Assembly (NCBI GenBank): GCA_963675595.2
Contig: CAXXLZ010000002.1
Location: 2,848,001 to 2,912,000 of the forward strand
DNA from: Thermodesulfobacteriota bacterium
GTDB lineage: Bacteria > Desulfobacterota > Desulfarculia > JACQYL01
Direction of reading: 5' to 3'
Length of the DNA stretch: 64,000 bases
Shown here: piece by piece, positions 10,635 to 21,167 of the stretch
Layout of the letters: each line of letters starts with the position of its first letter
Position numbering within the stretch: the first letter of the stretch is position 1
The notes under the pieces: model-generated
Told to the model about the DNA's origin: nothing
The model's input: only the letters and a program-made list of their open reading frames with translations
Database searches by the model: none
Made by a program: the position numbers and the translations under genes

Positions 10635-11127
10635 CCACCGCATGAGTCGAATTCGGATTCAAGCTGATGTAAGCCAAGTCTGAAGCCGGGTTCGGCCGGA
10701 TGGATCTTCGGCACGGGCGGCGGGTAATTTCGGACTCTCCAGCGATGGGCTTGGTTTCGTTCCGGCGGGAAAAATCCCTCCGCTCCGGATGCCGGAGACT
10801 GCGATTCTTCCATTTCAGCGCATTCCGATTCCATTCCGATTTCATTTCCCGCCTGTGATTGCGCTTTTTTATTTTGAAGATTGTTCTTTTTTATTGTAGA
10901 GAAATAAATCACATGGTCCAAAGGATTCGGCAAGGCCCTTCATGCGCCTCCTCCCTCCTTTCACGTGACGACTCATCGAGAGCCCGCCCGGGATCGGTGG
11001 AATGCGCGTCCGTAAAGCAGTCTGAATCGAGGATATCTCCATTCTCCCCTGTTTCCGGACGATTGCGGCGGTCTTACAGGCCAACGGCTCGATGGGTCCG
11101 TATTCGGGGGCTGAAGAGGGAGTTACC

Positions 11128-11559
11128 ATGCATGACGGGTTTGAGCCATCCATTCTGGCCTTTTGCTGCCGGCAGTGTTCGTATGCCGCCGCCGACTTGG
11201 CCGGAGCCATGCGTTTGCAGTACCCGCCCCAGGTTAAGATACTCCAGGTTCCCTGCACGGGTCGGGTGGAGATCGTGCACGTTTTGGAGGCCTTGCATCA
11301 AGGCGCGGACGGAGTCTTCCTGTCCGGATGTTTGCTCGGCGACTGTCACTACCAACAAGGCAACCACCGGGCGGCCAAGCGGGTATCCCGCATCAAAGAG
11401 ATTCTCGGGCAAATCGGAGTCGAGCCCGAGCGCGTCGAAATTTTTTTTAACTCAGCCGGTATGGGAGCCGGATTCGCCGAAACCTGCCGGGAATTCGCGG
11501 AGCGAATCAGCCGACTCGGCCCGCTCAAGCATGGTGAATCCCGGGAACCGGCCTCCTAG
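11128..11559 (+). CDS. mvhD: MvhD/FlxD-type [2Fe-2S] hydrogenase/heterodisulfide reductase subunit
   Basis: AFCCRQCSYAAADLAG, VPCTGRV, GADGVFLSGC..GDCHY..GN. Confidence 0.88.
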   Translation: MHDGFEPSILAFCCRQCSYAAADLAGAMRLQYPPQVKILQVPCTGRVEIVHVLEALHQGADGVFLSGCLLGDCHYQQGNHRAAKRVSRIKEILGQIGVEPERVEIFFNSAGMGAGFAETCREFAERISRLGPLKHGESREPAS

Positions 11560-11627
11560 AGTCTACGTGGACAATTTCGCTTCCGCGGATTGAAAACCAG
11601 GCCCCTCACTCGGGGTAAAAAAGGAGA

Positions 11628-12959
11628 ATGACCATGGCAGATTCCATCGCCATCAAAGCGCTGCCTGATGAGGTGAAAGACAAACTGGCCTCTTTGAACC
11701 TCAACCTCTGCTACACCTGCGGAACCTGTTCCAGCGGTTGTCCCATCACGGGCAATCCGGGCATGGAAGGATGGGACACGCGAAAAGTGATTCGCATGCT
11801 GGTATTCGGCATGCTGGACGAGGTTGTGGAGTCTAAGTTCCCGTGGCTCTGTACCGGATGCGGCCGATGTTCCCTCTCATGTCCCATGGATTTGGACATG
11901 CCGGCCATCATGGGCTACTTGAAACATCTCCGACCGCGGGACAAGGTGCCGGGAATTCTCCATAAGGGCGTCGAGCAGGTTCTCAAGTCCGGTAACAACA
12001 TGGGCATCCCCAAGGACGACTATCTCATGAGCATGGCCGACATGGGCGTCGAGATGGCGGATGAGGGTTTTCCCGGATTCTACGTGCCGGTGGACAAGGA
12101 AGGCGCGGAGGTCATGTTCCTTCCCAATTCCAAAGAAGTGTTCGCGGATTATGAAGACCAGAAATGGTGGTGGAAGATATTCTACGCCGCCAAGGAAAAC
12201 TGGACCATTCCATCGGAAAACTGGGAAGCCGTGGATTGGGGGCTGTTCACCGGAAATTACGAAGCCACTCAGATTCTCGCCCAGCGCAAGATGGATCATA
12301 TGCGCAAATTCAACATCAAACGGATGATCATGCCCGACTGTGGTGGAGGTTCCTACGGCTGTCGCATGGGCATGAAGATGTGCGCAATGGATGATCCCAC
12401 CAATACGGTCAACTATGTCTACCTGTACGAATACCTTGTCGACCTTCTCAAGTCCGGCCGAATCAAGGTGGACAAGAGCGTGAACGAGGGCAAGATCTTC
12501 ACCTTCCATGATTCCTGCAAGCACGGTCGGGAGGTCGAGAGGCATTACGGCCACGGATTCTTCGAAGAACCCCGTTGGATCGTACAGCAGTGCGTGGACC
12601 AGTACGTGGAAATGGAGCCCAACCGCATGCTTTCCTATTGCTGCGGCGCGGGCGGCGGTAACTGGCCCGGTCCCTATGTCGACGACGCTGCGTGGCACGG
12701 TCGGAAGAAGTACGAATCCATCAAGAATTCCGGCGCCAACGTCGTGGTGCTCGGCTGCTCCAATTGCCACGACCAGCTCATGAAACGCATTCCCAAGTTC
12801 TACGAGGACTACGAGTACGAAGTGAAATACATCTGGGAACTCGTTGCGGACAGCCTGGTGGTGGAGCCTTGGACCGACGAGGAAATCGCCCGCGGAGAAG
12901 AAGAAGCCAAGGTTCAGTGGGAAGGCTTTGGGATTGATCTTGACGATATGGAGTATTGA
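11628..12959 (+). CDS. Fe-S oxidoreductase, HdrD/DsrK/HmcF-like (two ferredoxin motifs plus CCG domain)
   Basis: CYTCGTCSSGCP, CTGCGRCSLSCP, HDSC...YCCGAGGG...CSNC. Confidence 0.85.
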   Translation: MTMADSIAIKALPDEVKDKLASLNLNLCYTCGTCSSGCPITGNPGMEGWDTRKVIRMLVFGMLDEVVESKFPWLCTGCGRCSLSCPMDLDMPAIMGYLKHLRPRDKVPGILHKGVEQVLKSGNNMGIPKDDYLMSMADMGVEMADEGFPGFYVPVDKEGAEVMFLPNSKEVFADYEDQKWWWKIFYAAKENWTIPSENWEAVDWGLFTGNYEATQILAQRKMDHMRKFNIKRMIMPDCGGGSYGCRMGMKMCAMDDPTNTVNYVYLYEYLVDLLKSGRIKVDKSVNEGKIFTFHDSCKHGREVERHYGHGFFEEPRWIVQQCVDQYVEMEPNRMLSYCCGAGGGNWPGPYVDDAAWHGRKKYESIKNSGANVVVLGCSNCHDQLMKRIPKFYEDYEYEVKYIWELVADSLVVEPWTDEEIARGEEEAKVQWEGFGIDLDDMEY

Positions 12960-13097
12960 TAGTATTGATCCGGGATAGACCACGGCGGAAATCTCCCTCG
13001 CCGTCCACCCACGGCACGCCCTTTCGGTTCGGGGGTCCAACGTCCGTGCGGCGCGGCGCGGGAAGTTTTTCCGCGGAACCATCCCGGAGGACACATT

Positions 13098-13592
13098 ATG
13101 ATCGTCGCCATTCTCAGAACCCCGACGTTCGAGAAGAGCATCGACTCTCTCAGGAAAGCGGGCGGACTGGGACCTGAAGTGGCGGACCACGCCGAAGGCA
13201 TCATCGGGCGGCTGGTGGAAGAAGGAAGGACCCAACTCGCGGAAGCCGGCCGCCTGACCCGCTACGGAGAAAACCGAGTCAAGAACTGCCTCAAGTTCGA
13301 CCTCAAGTACGGCTACCGACTGGTGTGCATGAAGGAGGATGACCGGCTGATCCTGCTGTTCATCGGAGATCACGAGGAAGTGGACCGATGGGCCAGGAAC
13401 TCTCGAGGCAAAGTTCTCTTTCGTGAAGAAAAGGTCGTCGAGGTGCCCCTCGCCCTGGAAGCCGACCAGGAGGACGAGGGAGAACCCGACGGGGATCCGG
13501 AAGAGGACGCCGACATGCTCCAGACCGCTCACATCGACGACGCGGTTCTCAGAGAAGTCTTCAAAGGCCTGTGCGGAGGCGCGGGCGGATAA
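13098..13592 (+). CDS. Hypothetical protein with a RelE/ParE-like N-terminal fold and an acidic C-terminal tail
   Basis: GGAGG RBS; pattern TPTFEKSIDSL...KFDLKYGYRLV...ILLFIGDHEEVDRW; D/E-rich tail. Confidence 0.55.
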   Translation: MIVAILRTPTFEKSIDSLRKAGGLGPEVADHAEGIIGRLVEEGRTQLAEAGRLTRYGENRVKNCLKFDLKYGYRLVCMKEDDRLILLFIGDHEEVDRWARNSRGKVLFREEKVVEVPLALEADQEDEGEPDGDPEEDADMLQTAHIDDAVLREVFKGLCGGAGG

Positions 13593-13634
13593 GCCGGGTT
13601 GACTTGACGACTGCTCCGGGTGGAAACTATCCGG

Positions 13635-14822
13635 ATGTCCACACATCGACGCATTCTGTTTATCCTGTTCTGCGCGGTATTCTGCGTGACTCTGGGGGTG
13701 GGGCTCATCGCCCCCCTCCTTCCCCTTTACGCCCAAAGTCTCGGCGCGAGCGGCTTCTTCATCGGGCTCATTTTCGGCGCCTTTTCCATCACTCGAAGCA
13801 TTTTTCTCCCCGTGTTCGGCGGTCTTTCCGACCACCACGGCAGAAAACCGTTCCTGCTGGGCGGTCTGGGGGGCTACTGTATCGTGGCGGCCCTCTTCGC
13901 CCATGCGGACAACGTTCTCACCCTGGTACTTCTCAGGCTTCTACAGGGATTCGGGTCCGCCATGATCCTTCCCGTGGCTCAGGCCTACATTGCGGACATC
14001 ACTCCGGAAGCTCGGGAAGGCAAAATGATGGGCTTCCTCAACATGGCCCTTTTCGGCGGACTGGCCGCCGGTCCTCTGGTGGGAGGCGTGATCAGCGACG
14101 CGGCCGGCATCCAGGCGTCCTTCTACACCATGTGCGGCCTGAGTTGCGTCGGTTTCACCCTCTGCGCCCTGGGCCTACCCCGGGAAGACCGGGACCCGCT
14201 GCGCGCGAGCAGGGAACGCAAATCCACCTCCTTTGAACTGCTCAAGAATCCCGTGGTCCTCTGTCTGTGCGTCTACCGGTTCACCTTCACCGTCTGCCTG
14301 GGCATCATCTGGGCGTTCCTGCCCCTTTGGGCCAGCCTGCGGGCGGACCTGAGCAGCTCCGCCATCGGACTCCTCGTGTCCCTCAACGTGGGCCTCCCCG
14401 TGATCCTGTCCACACCCATGGGAGCCCTGGCGGACCGTCGATCCAAAAAGCTCATGATGGTGGGCAGCGGCATTCTGTCCGTGGCCGCTCTGCTGTGTTT
14501 CGCCGGAGCCCGGACGTTCGCCGGCTTCCTGGCGGCCAACGCGCTGTTCGGCCTGGCGGCGGGGATTTCCTCTCCGGCCTTCTTGGCCGCGGCCGTTATC
14601 GCCGGACGAGGCACGGGTTCCATGGGAACCCTCATGGGCCTCCTGGCCATGGCCCACAGCACCGGCATGTTCTGCGGCCCCATTATCTCCGGCTTTTTCA
14701 TGGACCGGATATCCTCGGAACGCGTGTTCGAAGCCGCCGCCGTGGTGGCCGCCCTGGGCACCCTGATCCTGTTTCGCTACGGCCGATGGCAGGAAGCCAA
14801 GGTCAAGTCGGCGGGGGCGTGA
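13635..14822 (+). CDS. MFS transporter (DHA1/TetA-like)
   Basis: About 12 hydrophobic helices; motif A GGLSDHHGRKP; LRLLQGFG; GALADRRSKK. Confidence 0.92.
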   Translation: MSTHRRILFILFCAVFCVTLGVGLIAPLLPLYAQSLGASGFFIGLIFGAFSITRSIFLPVFGGLSDHHGRKPFLLGGLGGYCIVAALFAHADNVLTLVLLRLLQGFGSAMILPVAQAYIADITPEAREGKMMGFLNMALFGGLAAGPLVGGVISDAAGIQASFYTMCGLSCVGFTLCALGLPREDRDPLRASRERKSTSFELLKNPVVLCLCVYRFTFTVCLGIIWAFLPLWASLRADLSSSAIGLLVSLNVGLPVILSTPMGALADRRSKKLMMVGSGILSVAALLCFAGARTFAGFLAANALFGLAAGISSPAFLAAAVIAGRGTGSMGTLMGLLAMAHSTGMFCGPIISGFFMDRISSERVFEAAAVVAALGTLILFRYGRWQEAKVKSAGA

Positions 14823-14896
14823 GAAGCGGGCTTGGGAGACGCTGGAAGCGAAAGACTCCGGGGCGCTTCGACTGGAGAATGGACGGAATCGTCAGC

Positions 14897-15808
14897 CTAC
14901 TCGTCCAGGAAATAGTCCGAATCCACCTTCTTGACTTCGTATGCGGCGACCAATCCCACACCGAGATTGAAGTCGATCATGTATTGAGCGAGTTGCTTCC
15001 CGTCAATCAGGATGATCCTGCTTTCGATGTGGGAGACAAAATCTAGCGCCTCTCCTGAAAAGGAGGACGTGGTGATCATGACCCCTTTTCGCGCCCGTTG
15101 GCCTTGGAGAGCCCCTGCGAATTTCTGTACTTCGGGACGGCCGACGTTATTCTCCCAACGTTTGGCTTGGATGTAGATGTTGTCCAGACCCAAATGATCT
15201 TCTTTGATAATGCCGTCGATCCCTTCGTCCCCGGTCCCTCCAACAGCTTTGCCGGCATCCCGGCGCGATCCCCCGTATCCCATCTTTACCAACAGCTCCA
15301 CCACCAGTTTTTCAAATAATCGGGCAGACGCGGTCTTGACCTGCTGGAGAATCTCGGCGGCCAAATCCTCCCGCAGACGTTGATAGGCATCTTCCAGAGC
15401 CTCTTGGGGGGTGGTGTCTTCACAAACGGGTGTCTCAGGAACCTCCTGGGTTTCCTTCTTGACTTTTCGTGATCGGAACTCCCTGAATTCGGAGAACCGT
15501 TCAAGATATCGGGCGTCCAGGGTCGTGGGACTTTCGCCCAACACGGAAACTCCTCTTGCCGTGATCCTGAAATATCCCCGGCGGGTGCTCTCCAGCAAAA
15601 CGGCTTTCCTCAAGTAGGTGGAGGCCCAGGCCACACGGTTGTTGAAGACCTCTTGTTGCCCGCTTGGTAGGAGTTCCCGTCTCTCGTCCGGAGTAAGATC
15701 GAACCGCTGAGCGAGGAGGTCGACGGCCTCGCGCAAGGAGTGCTCCTTCCCATCAGCCGCGAATCCGAGCAAAGGCAGCAGCAAACTTTGGTAATCGGGA
15801 ATCGACAT
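14897..15808 (-). CDS. mrr: Mrr-family type IV restriction endonuclease
   Basis: MSIPDYQSLLLPLL, NRVAWASTYL (Mrr_N); GDEGIDGII, YIQAKRW, EVQKFAGAL, ITTSSFS, LIDGKQLA (Mrr_cat). Confidence 0.93.
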   Translation of the reverse strand: MSIPDYQSLLLPLLGFAADGKEHSLREAVDLLAQRFDLTPDERRELLPSGQQEVFNNRVAWASTYLRKAVLLESTRRGYFRITARGVSVLGESPTTLDARYLERFSEFREFRSRKVKKETQEVPETPVCEDTTPQEALEDAYQRLREDLAAEILQQVKTASARLFEKLVVELLVKMGYGGSRRDAGKAVGGTGDEGIDGIIKEDHLGLDNIYIQAKRWENNVGRPEVQKFAGALQGQRARKGVMITTSSFSGEALDFVSHIESRIILIDGKQLAQYMIDFNLGVGLVAAYEVKKVDSDYFLDE

Positions 15809-15925
15809 AAGAAGTGGCTCCTTTTGCCGGTTGCTTTTTCTCGGCTCTTGAATGGCCCTGATCAGAATTTCGAGCCGTCACATCCGCAGAGGAGGGTAAA
15901 CGACAGCCGATATATGTGGGCGTAG

Positions 15926-18004
15926 TCAGGGTTGAACGGCCCCGGTGTCTCCTCCCCCCACCCCCAAACCCAACCTCCGCCGCCCCTCCAAAAAATCCGG
16001 GAATGGCCGACGGATTGCCGATGGAGCACCTGCTCCCTGCAACGTGTAAGGATCCACAATGGTGGGGCCGGCGCCGTCAAAGGCCGTCTGCAGGTAGGTC
16101 ATGACCTGTGCCTGAATGATTTCCGTGGGTCCGTCGGTCACGTCCAATAAGGCCCGGTGCCCGCCGTCGTCGTACTGGTACAGACCGGTCCCGGTGAAGG
16201 GGGACGAGGTCGCGTCGAGTCCTTCCACCGGGTCCACAAGGTCCACCTGCATGATGCTCAGAGCGCGGGCCAAGTCCACCGTAGCGGAATTGGGCACCAC
16301 CAGGTCGCCGATCATCTCCTGCAACAGAATTCCGCCCGTGGGGTCCGTACTGTCTCCGGCCGCGAACCGAGCTCCATAGACGAAGGCGTCCGCGTCGTCG
16401 CAGATGATTTGACCCGCCGCGAGAAGCCATCGGTATTCCGGAGTTCCCGGTTCGATTCCCAGGTAGGCGACGGACTGCCTGAGTTGCGGCCCCACGGAAT
16501 CGGAATCATCCAGCAGATAGAGGAGTCTGCCCCCCGCCGCGTTGATCACCGCGGAGTCCAGTCCCCGTTCCATCGCCACATAGGGAACCCCCACGATGCC
16601 GCCCAGGGACATGCCCACAAAGGCCACACGATCCGATGAAAGTTCGGGAAAACCGTCCGCGTCGAAATCCGAAGCGCCGTTCCGGATCATGTGGGTGAGG
16701 GCAAACAGGTCCGCCACGGACTGGCGCACGTTGTCCCGGGAGACGAGGAGGTTTTCCATGTTGATGAAATTGGCTCCGGATGGGTCCGCAATGCCGTCCG
16801 GCACGGGCTCGCCGGTTTCATTGTTGACCCGATCCAGGTCCTTCGTCCGGCTCCCGTGCAGCACCAGATCAATGCCGATGACGGCCGTGCCCCGGCTGCA
16901 GGCGGCATCCGCAATGGCCAGCAGGTCTTCCTTGGAACGGGTAATCCCATGAGCGAAAATCATCACGGGAAAGGGTCCGTCTCCTTCGGGCAAGGCCGCG
17001 ATGAATTCGAGGTCTTCCCGGAAGGCCTCGACCACGGCTCCGTCTTGGGAAAACACGAAAGGCCCGGTCAGGGGATCCTGGATGTATTGAGGCGCTTCGA
17101 ACCGCCCGAGGTACACCGCGTGAATGTGGTCATGAGGTACGAAATCCGCCCCGAAGAGCTGAAACAGCAGGTCGATGGACGAAGCCCCCGCGACTCCGAA
17201 GTAGATTTCCGGTTCGGGATGCTCTTCTTGGGCCTGTTCCCAAAGCCTGTCCAACATGTCGAAGAGGGGCTGCGTGGTGAAGGTAAAGGCAAAAGGAATC
17301 CGGTCCCGGCTCTCGCCGGTGAACGCCTCGGCGGCTTCCCACGCAGGTTGGAGGGAACGCCGCACCGGCTCCAACAAACGCGCCGACTCGTCGCTCAATC
17401 CCTTATGCAGGGACCTTCCGCCCGCATCGATCAACGAAGTCTCTTCTCTCAGATAAGGTCCGTGGGGTCCGGCCTCCACCGGGTCGCCGGAAGCGTCGTG
17501 CACGTTCCGGGTCACCACGACCACATAGGTGCGTCCCGGTACCAGCGGGCGCAGAGGCAACGCCGTGATCCAGGAGGGATTGCCGGAGGAATCAGGCTCC
17601 ACGGAGAACTTCATGGCGGGTGTCGCGGACGGGTCCTCCATTTCCAGCACGATCACGGATTCCGCATCCACCGATGTCTCGTCCAAAGGACCTGAAAACG
17701 GGATCCGGAGGGGAGCGGACACGGAAAAGCCGTCCAGCTCGTTGACCTGCTCAATCAGTGGGTCCAAAGACGAAGAATCGGTGAGTGAAAGGGCGTTTTC
17801 CCCGGTTTCCGGGTCTCGGAAGAGATCGTTGGGGAAGGGAGACTGCAATGGATCCGGAGGAAGCTGAAGCAGCACGTGCGTGCCTTCGTTCTCGTTTCCG
17901 TCCGTGCGGGAACCGCCCGAGCAGGAAACGAACACAACCAAGGGAAGACAGATCAGTACAAACAGGCGAAGGGCGGCCCCCCCGACTCTTGTGCGGGTTG
18001 CCAT
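15926..18004 (-). CDS. Lipoprotein alpha/beta hydrolase, Pla-1/VolA-like extracellular lipase
   Basis: Lipobox FVSC; PFPNDLF, NELDGFS N-domain; HGIT, GMSLGG nucleophile elbow, GDLVVPN, GGH. Confidence 0.75.
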   Translation of the reverse strand: MATRTRVGGAALRLFVLICLPLVVFVSCSGGSRTDGNENEGTHVLLQLPPDPLQSPFPNDLFRDPETGENALSLTDSSSLDPLIEQVNELDGFSVSAPLRIPFSGPLDETSVDAESVIVLEMEDPSATPAMKFSVEPDSSGNPSWITALPLRPLVPGRTYVVVVTRNVHDASGDPVEAGPHGPYLREETSLIDAGGRSLHKGLSDESARLLEPVRRSLQPAWEAAEAFTGESRDRIPFAFTFTTQPLFDMLDRLWEQAQEEHPEPEIYFGVAGASSIDLLFQLFGADFVPHDHIHAVYLGRFEAPQYIQDPLTGPFVFSQDGAVVEAFREDLEFIAALPEGDGPFPVMIFAHGITRSKEDLLAIADAACSRGTAVIGIDLVLHGSRTKDLDRVNNETGEPVPDGIADPSGANFINMENLLVSRDNVRQSVADLFALTHMIRNGASDFDADGFPELSSDRVAFVGMSLGGIVGVPYVAMERGLDSAVINAAGGRLLYLLDDSDSVGPQLRQSVAYLGIEPGTPEYRWLLAAGQIICDDADAFVYGARFAAGDSTDPTGGILLQEMIGDLVVPNSATVDLARALSIMQVDLVDPVEGLDATSSPFTGTGLYQYDDGGHRALLDVTDGPTEIIQAQVMTYLQTAFDGAGPTIVDPYTLQGAGAPSAIRRPFPDFLEGRRRLGLGVGGGDTGAVQP

Positions 18005-18207
18005 GGCGTTACCTCGTTCTACGCGAAAACCGTTTTGGCTCCGTTTCACCCGAGGGACCTCCGCGGCACGCGCATTGCACGCCGGGAAGACCCCTCGAGC
18101 GCCTTCCTCAAGGCCGGATGCGGTCGGTTTGAAAGCGCTCTCGGGAATAAAGGCGCTTCGACCGGAAAAATCATCTCAAACATGCCTCCGGACGAAGAAT
18201 AAGGGTC

Positions 18208-19950
18208 TCACGATTGGTCCAGGACCATGCGGATCATCTTGAGCATTTCTCTGATTTCGTAAGGCTTGTTGAGGAAAGCCTTGGCCCCCTCTTTGAAGCC
18301 CCCGGCCACGGCTCCGTTGGCGGAATACCCACTGGTCAGAATCACTTTCTGCTCCGGATGAATCTTTCGAATCTCCTGCAGGCACTTCATGCCGCCCATG
18401 CCGGGCATGATCAGATCCAGAATCACCAAAGCGTAGCCGGTGGGATTCTCCTTGTACAGCGCCAGTGCCGTTTCTCCGTCGGGTGCCGAGGTCACCGTGT
18501 ATCCCTGGCGGAGAAGCACCTGTTCCGCGAAATCCCTGACCGCTTCTTCGTCGTCCGCGAGCAAAACGCTCTCCGAGCCCCGGGGCAATTCCTTCATCCC
18601 GGGCACTTCCTCCTCGCCTCTACGTATTTGGAGCACCGTGGGCCAATACACTTTGAAGGTGGTGCCCGTACCGGGCTCACTGTAGCAGTTGATCAGACCG
18701 CCATGGTTTTTCACGATGCCGTAGACCATGGACAGACCCAACCCGCTGCCTTTGCCCACCGCTTTGGTGGTGAAAAACGGCTCGAAAATGCGCTCCCGCA
18801 CCCTCTTGTCCATGCCGTGTCCCGTATCGGACATCGCGAGCACCACGAAATCTCCGGGCAGGGCATCCACATGAGTCCTGCAGTACTCGTCGTCCAGAGA
18901 GACGTTCCAGGTTTCAATAATCAGGTCTCCGCCTTCGGGCATGGCGTCGCGCGCATTGAGGGCGAGGTTCATGACCACCTGTTCCACCTGGTTGGGGTCC
19001 GCATAGATGATGCGCAAATCCATACCCGGATGAAAATGCACGCTGATGGATTTCGTCAAAGCTCTTTCCAGTAACGAACGGATGTGTTGAATCTCCTGAT
19101 TGAGGTCCACGGGCCGCAATCTGCTTTCGAGCTTGCGGCTGAAGGTCAGGAGTTGGCGGGTGAGGTCCGAGCCTTTTCGAGCCGTTTTGGCGATTTCCCT
19201 GAGGTGCCGACCGTCGGGATCGTTTTCCGACCGCCCCATGAGCATCAGCTCGGCATATCCGTGAATCCCTTGAAGGAGGTTATTGAAATCGTGGGCGATT
19301 CCCCCGGCCAAGGCTCCGATGGCCTCCATCTTCTGGGCGTGGCGCAACTGACTTTCGAGTTGGTTTCGCTCCGTGACGTCGCTGAGAACGACGAAGCTCC
19401 CTTTGCTGAAACCGGAATCATCCCGATGGAGTTTGGCCGAACAGAGAACCCGCGCTCTGCCGCCGTCTTTACGGACCAATTCCATTTCTTCTTGACGAGA
19501 CCCGGGACCGCCCGCCCATATTCTTTTCGCCACTTCCTCCCGTCGCTCTTCCGGCACGAGACGAGAATAGTGCATGCCCAACAGCTCTTCAGGATCGTAC
19601 CCGGTGATCTCACTGAGGCGAGGGTTGGCGTAACCGATTCGTCCCTCTTGATCCAACAGAAACAATCCATCATGCATGGTTTCCACTAGTCGGCGGTATC
19701 GGGTTTCGGACCGCATCCTCTGGTCCTGAACCCTCCAAAGCAAGAATCCACCCGCCAGACAAGCGGCCAACACGTAGGACCTCACCCAAAGCTCGTGAGG
19801 CGGCACATGTAATACCAGGAGGTCCCAAAACCCGCCTCTTCCCTGGTAAAACACGAGATAGTCCAAAACCGCGTCGATGACCCAAAACGACAATCCGAAA
19901 AGCAGAGCTGCTTTCAGCACATGAGCCCGAACCGGAAATAAGGATTTCAT
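18208..19950 (-). CDS. Hybrid sensor histidine kinase (2 TM, PAS, HisKA, HATPase, REC)
   Basis: LAGGIAHDFNNLL, NLALNARDAM, DTGHGM, FEPFFTTK..GKGSGLGL, receiver LLADDE..ILDLIMP..KP. Confidence 0.95.
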   Translation of the reverse strand: MKSLFPVRAHVLKAALLFGLSFWVIDAVLDYLVFYQGRGGFWDLLVLHVPPHELWVRSYVLAACLAGGFLLWRVQDQRMRSETRYRRLVETMHDGLFLLDQEGRIGYANPRLSEITGYDPEELLGMHYSRLVPEERREEVAKRIWAGGPGSRQEEMELVRKDGGRARVLCSAKLHRDDSGFSKGSFVVLSDVTERNQLESQLRHAQKMEAIGALAGGIAHDFNNLLQGIHGYAELMLMGRSENDPDGRHLREIAKTARKGSDLTRQLLTFSRKLESRLRPVDLNQEIQHIRSLLERALTKSISVHFHPGMDLRIIYADPNQVEQVVMNLALNARDAMPEGGDLIIETWNVSLDDEYCRTHVDALPGDFVVLAMSDTGHGMDKRVRERIFEPFFTTKAVGKGSGLGLSMVYGIVKNHGGLINCYSEPGTGTTFKVYWPTVLQIRRGEEEVPGMKELPRGSESVLLADDEEAVRDFAEQVLLRQGYTVTSAPDGETALALYKENPTGYALVILDLIMPGMGGMKCLQEIRKIHPEQKVILTSGYSANGAVAGGFKEGAKAFLNKPYEIREMLKMIRMVLDQS

Positions 19951-20189
19951 GCATGTCCTCCGAGAAGCGAAACGGAGAATGCGGCGTTAAGGACCTGGGG
20001 AGTCCGAAGACGGCGTAATCGCCGCCCGCGGCAAATGAAGAAAAGAAGGTGCGAGGCGCGCTTCCCCTCTAAACTTTCCCACCAAAATTATGTGGAGAAA
20101 CAGGTTGTCTTTACCGGAAGGCTTCGTTACGATTGTTGCACCCCGCTCTGAAAGCAGCCTTCATCTTACCAATAAAAAGGAGTTCTGTC

Positions 20190-20891
20190 ATGAAGGTACT
20201 GGGCATTTCCGGCAGTCCACGAAAGGAGACCACCTCCGGCGTCTACAAACTCGTGCGAACCGTCTTGGAAAACACGGGACTGGAATATGAACTGGTTTCC
20301 CTCCGATCGAAAACCATCGGCGGCTGCATCGCCTGTTTGGGCTGCGTCAAGGACAACGTGTGCAAAGTGGAGGACGACCTGGCCCCCCTGAGAGACAAGA
20401 TCGTGGAAGCCGACGCTTACGTGATCGGCGCGCCCAATTACTATTCGACCATGAACGCGACGTCGCACGCTTTCCTCGAACGGTGGTTCCAATTCCGACA
20501 CCAGGAGGGGAATACGCTCTGGGGCAAACTAGGCGTTGCGGTGGGCGTGGGGGGAACCGGAGGAAGATTTCCCGCTGATACCATCGAAACCTTCTTTGCC
20601 TACAACTTCATTGAGCCCGTGGCCAAAGTCACGGGACAAGGCGCGGCCTCTTGTTTCTCCTGCGGCTATGGAGAAACCTGCAAGGTGGGCGTACCCACCA
20701 TGCTGTTCGGGGAAGGAGTCAAGATCACCGAGGACATGGTTCCCGACGTGGCCAAACAGCCCGAAGTCATGAAAACGGCGGCGGATGCCGGCAAACTCCT
20801 GGGGGCGCGCCTCACGCAGGGTCACGACCGCATGGCGGTCACTCAGAAAATGCAGAAGATGCTGATGGAGAAATTCAAAGGCTCCGCCTGA
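20190..20891 (+). CDS. Iron-sulfur flavoprotein / multimeric flavodoxin family
   Basis: MKVLGISGSPRK, CIACLGC...C, GAPNYY; AAGGAG RBS. Confidence 0.88.
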   Translation: MKVLGISGSPRKETTSGVYKLVRTVLENTGLEYELVSLRSKTIGGCIACLGCVKDNVCKVEDDLAPLRDKIVEADAYVIGAPNYYSTMNATSHAFLERWFQFRHQEGNTLWGKLGVAVGVGGTGGRFPADTIETFFAYNFIEPVAKVTGQGAASCFSCGYGETCKVGVPTMLFGEGVKITEDMVPDVAKQPEVMKTAADAGKLLGARLTQGHDRMAVTQKMQKMLMEKFKGSA

Positions 20892-21167
20892 TCCGGCTCG
20901 AGCCCGCGGGGAGGCGCGACGTCTCCCCGCGATCCTCGTACGACAACCATGGGTCCGAACGGGTTCCGGCCCCATGAACCCTCTGAAATCCCTCCTCATT
21001 CCGCCCGGACATATTGCTGTTGCGCACCTGTCCCGTCCGTTCTATAAAGCCTCTTGGAAATGACGCGCAACACCGTGGATCGCGTTTTTCAATGACCCGA
21101 TGGGCGGCTCCTGAAAAAAATGGAGCCGGTTGTTTTCAGATCGTAATCCGGAGGGAGATCCCGAACC

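Noticed and set aside
11128-11559. Selenocysteine in MvhD
   Set aside because: The CCRQC motif is encoded by Cys codons; no in-frame TGA.
11877-13904. 675-aa minus-strand ORF (likewise 7277-8653, 34154-35311, 2030-3193, 24004-25128)
   Set aside because: Antisense shadows of well-supported genes, common in GC-rich DNA; no recognisable motifs.
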